A stretch of DNA of 64,000 nt from Octopus sinensis. Its lineage: Eukaryota. The DNA lies in assembly GCF_006345805.1 (NCBI RefSeq), contig NC_043002.1, positions 99,944,001 through 100,008,000 of the forward strand, read 5' to 3'. The position numbers and the translations under genes are program-made. The stretch's first letter is position 1. Each line of letters begins with the position of its first letter. This document shows, one piece after another, positions 63,053-64,000 of this stretch. The notes beneath the pieces are model-generated. The model did not search any database and was not told the origin of the DNA. It worked only from the letters and a program-made list of their open reading frames with translations.

Positions 63053-64000
63053 CTGTTATAATACCGATATCTCGCTGGCTCAGTAGTTGGTTGTTTTAAG
63101 GATTCCTTCGCTCGACTACATCTTAAATGATAAGCAAATGCGTGGTACAATCTGCTAGATCTTACTAGCTTATAAGCATATGAGCTGCGTGCGTTTGTGT
63201 ATAAATATATGTACGAAAATCACGATTATTCATATGATGATAACCACTGTTTTCACCTAATTACATTGTCCTAAATGTTGGATAATTGAGGATTTTCCTT
63301 GGGTAGGTTCGATAATTTTAACTTTATTCATAAGGCACTAATATTCACATAAATTCTCAGTTATCAACAAAATTGAGTTATTTGAACACTCGTTGGCGTA
63401 GCACATATCTGCACACGCAAACAGACGTATAAATACGTGTATATAACATCATACACATGCGCAGTGTGGCACGCTCGCGAAAATTTCGAGCTGTAAAACC
63501 AAGCGCACACATAAATAGATACAACACGCTTGCAACATATACACCTACACACAGTCTACTGGAGCTTACATGTACAACGTCACAATATATACGTACATAC
63601 ACGCCCACTTGTATATCTTTCCCACATGCTCAAATATTCCTTGACTTATATTGAAACGTAACCTCCTACACGAGTTAGGTAATAGAAAAATAATGGCGTG
63701 TAGGCGTTTATACGTTTTTACACAAACCCATTCGTAAAACCTGACATATAATATATTCTCTAAAGGAAAGATCCTGGTGTCTTCTTGGAAACTATTCATT
63801 GTAAATAAATGACATTACACACCTTTCTAATAACGTTACTATAAATCAAGTGCTTTAGAGCTACGAGCAAGTAACAGATAAGTGATATATATATATGTCT
63901 TAACTATTGAAATAAACATTTCCTCAAATACTCTATTATTGCTAATATTTGTTACAGTAATTGGATAGCAGCCATCCTGATACACTTACCTTATCATATA

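Overview
AT-rich, eukaryotic, repeat-dominated DNA. The tRNA-headed SINE families, long (TA)n tracts and general repeat content point to an Octopus (coleoid cephalopod) genome; this is an inference from recognition, not a database search. I find no convincing host protein-coding gene, no rRNA and no CRISPR, and most ORF-track entries are microsatellite or antisense-of-transposon artefacts. The window holds more than 20 SINE copies from at least 3 families, a same-strand pile-up of five R4/Dong-like (RT plus REL endonuclease) LINE pieces abutting (TAA)n tracts at 15.3-23 kb, two decayed mariners, a hAT MITE, CR1 and RTE 3' fragments, and Penelope-like remnants with minimal hammerhead motifs. 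The main discovery candidate is a family of three ~2 kb elements (11518-13524 minus, ~53453-55290 plus, 57410-59377 plus). Each encodes only a Tx1/L1-type Gag/ORF1-like protein (RRM-like region, CCHC knuckle, extra C-terminal domain) with no endonuclease or RT. Two of the three sit at essentially the same nucleotide of the tRNA-derived head of one SINE family, in the same orientation, and one has a perfect 17-bp TSD. This suggests a non-autonomous, ORF1-only ('half-LINE') retroelement that targets a SINE. All alignments were made by eye.
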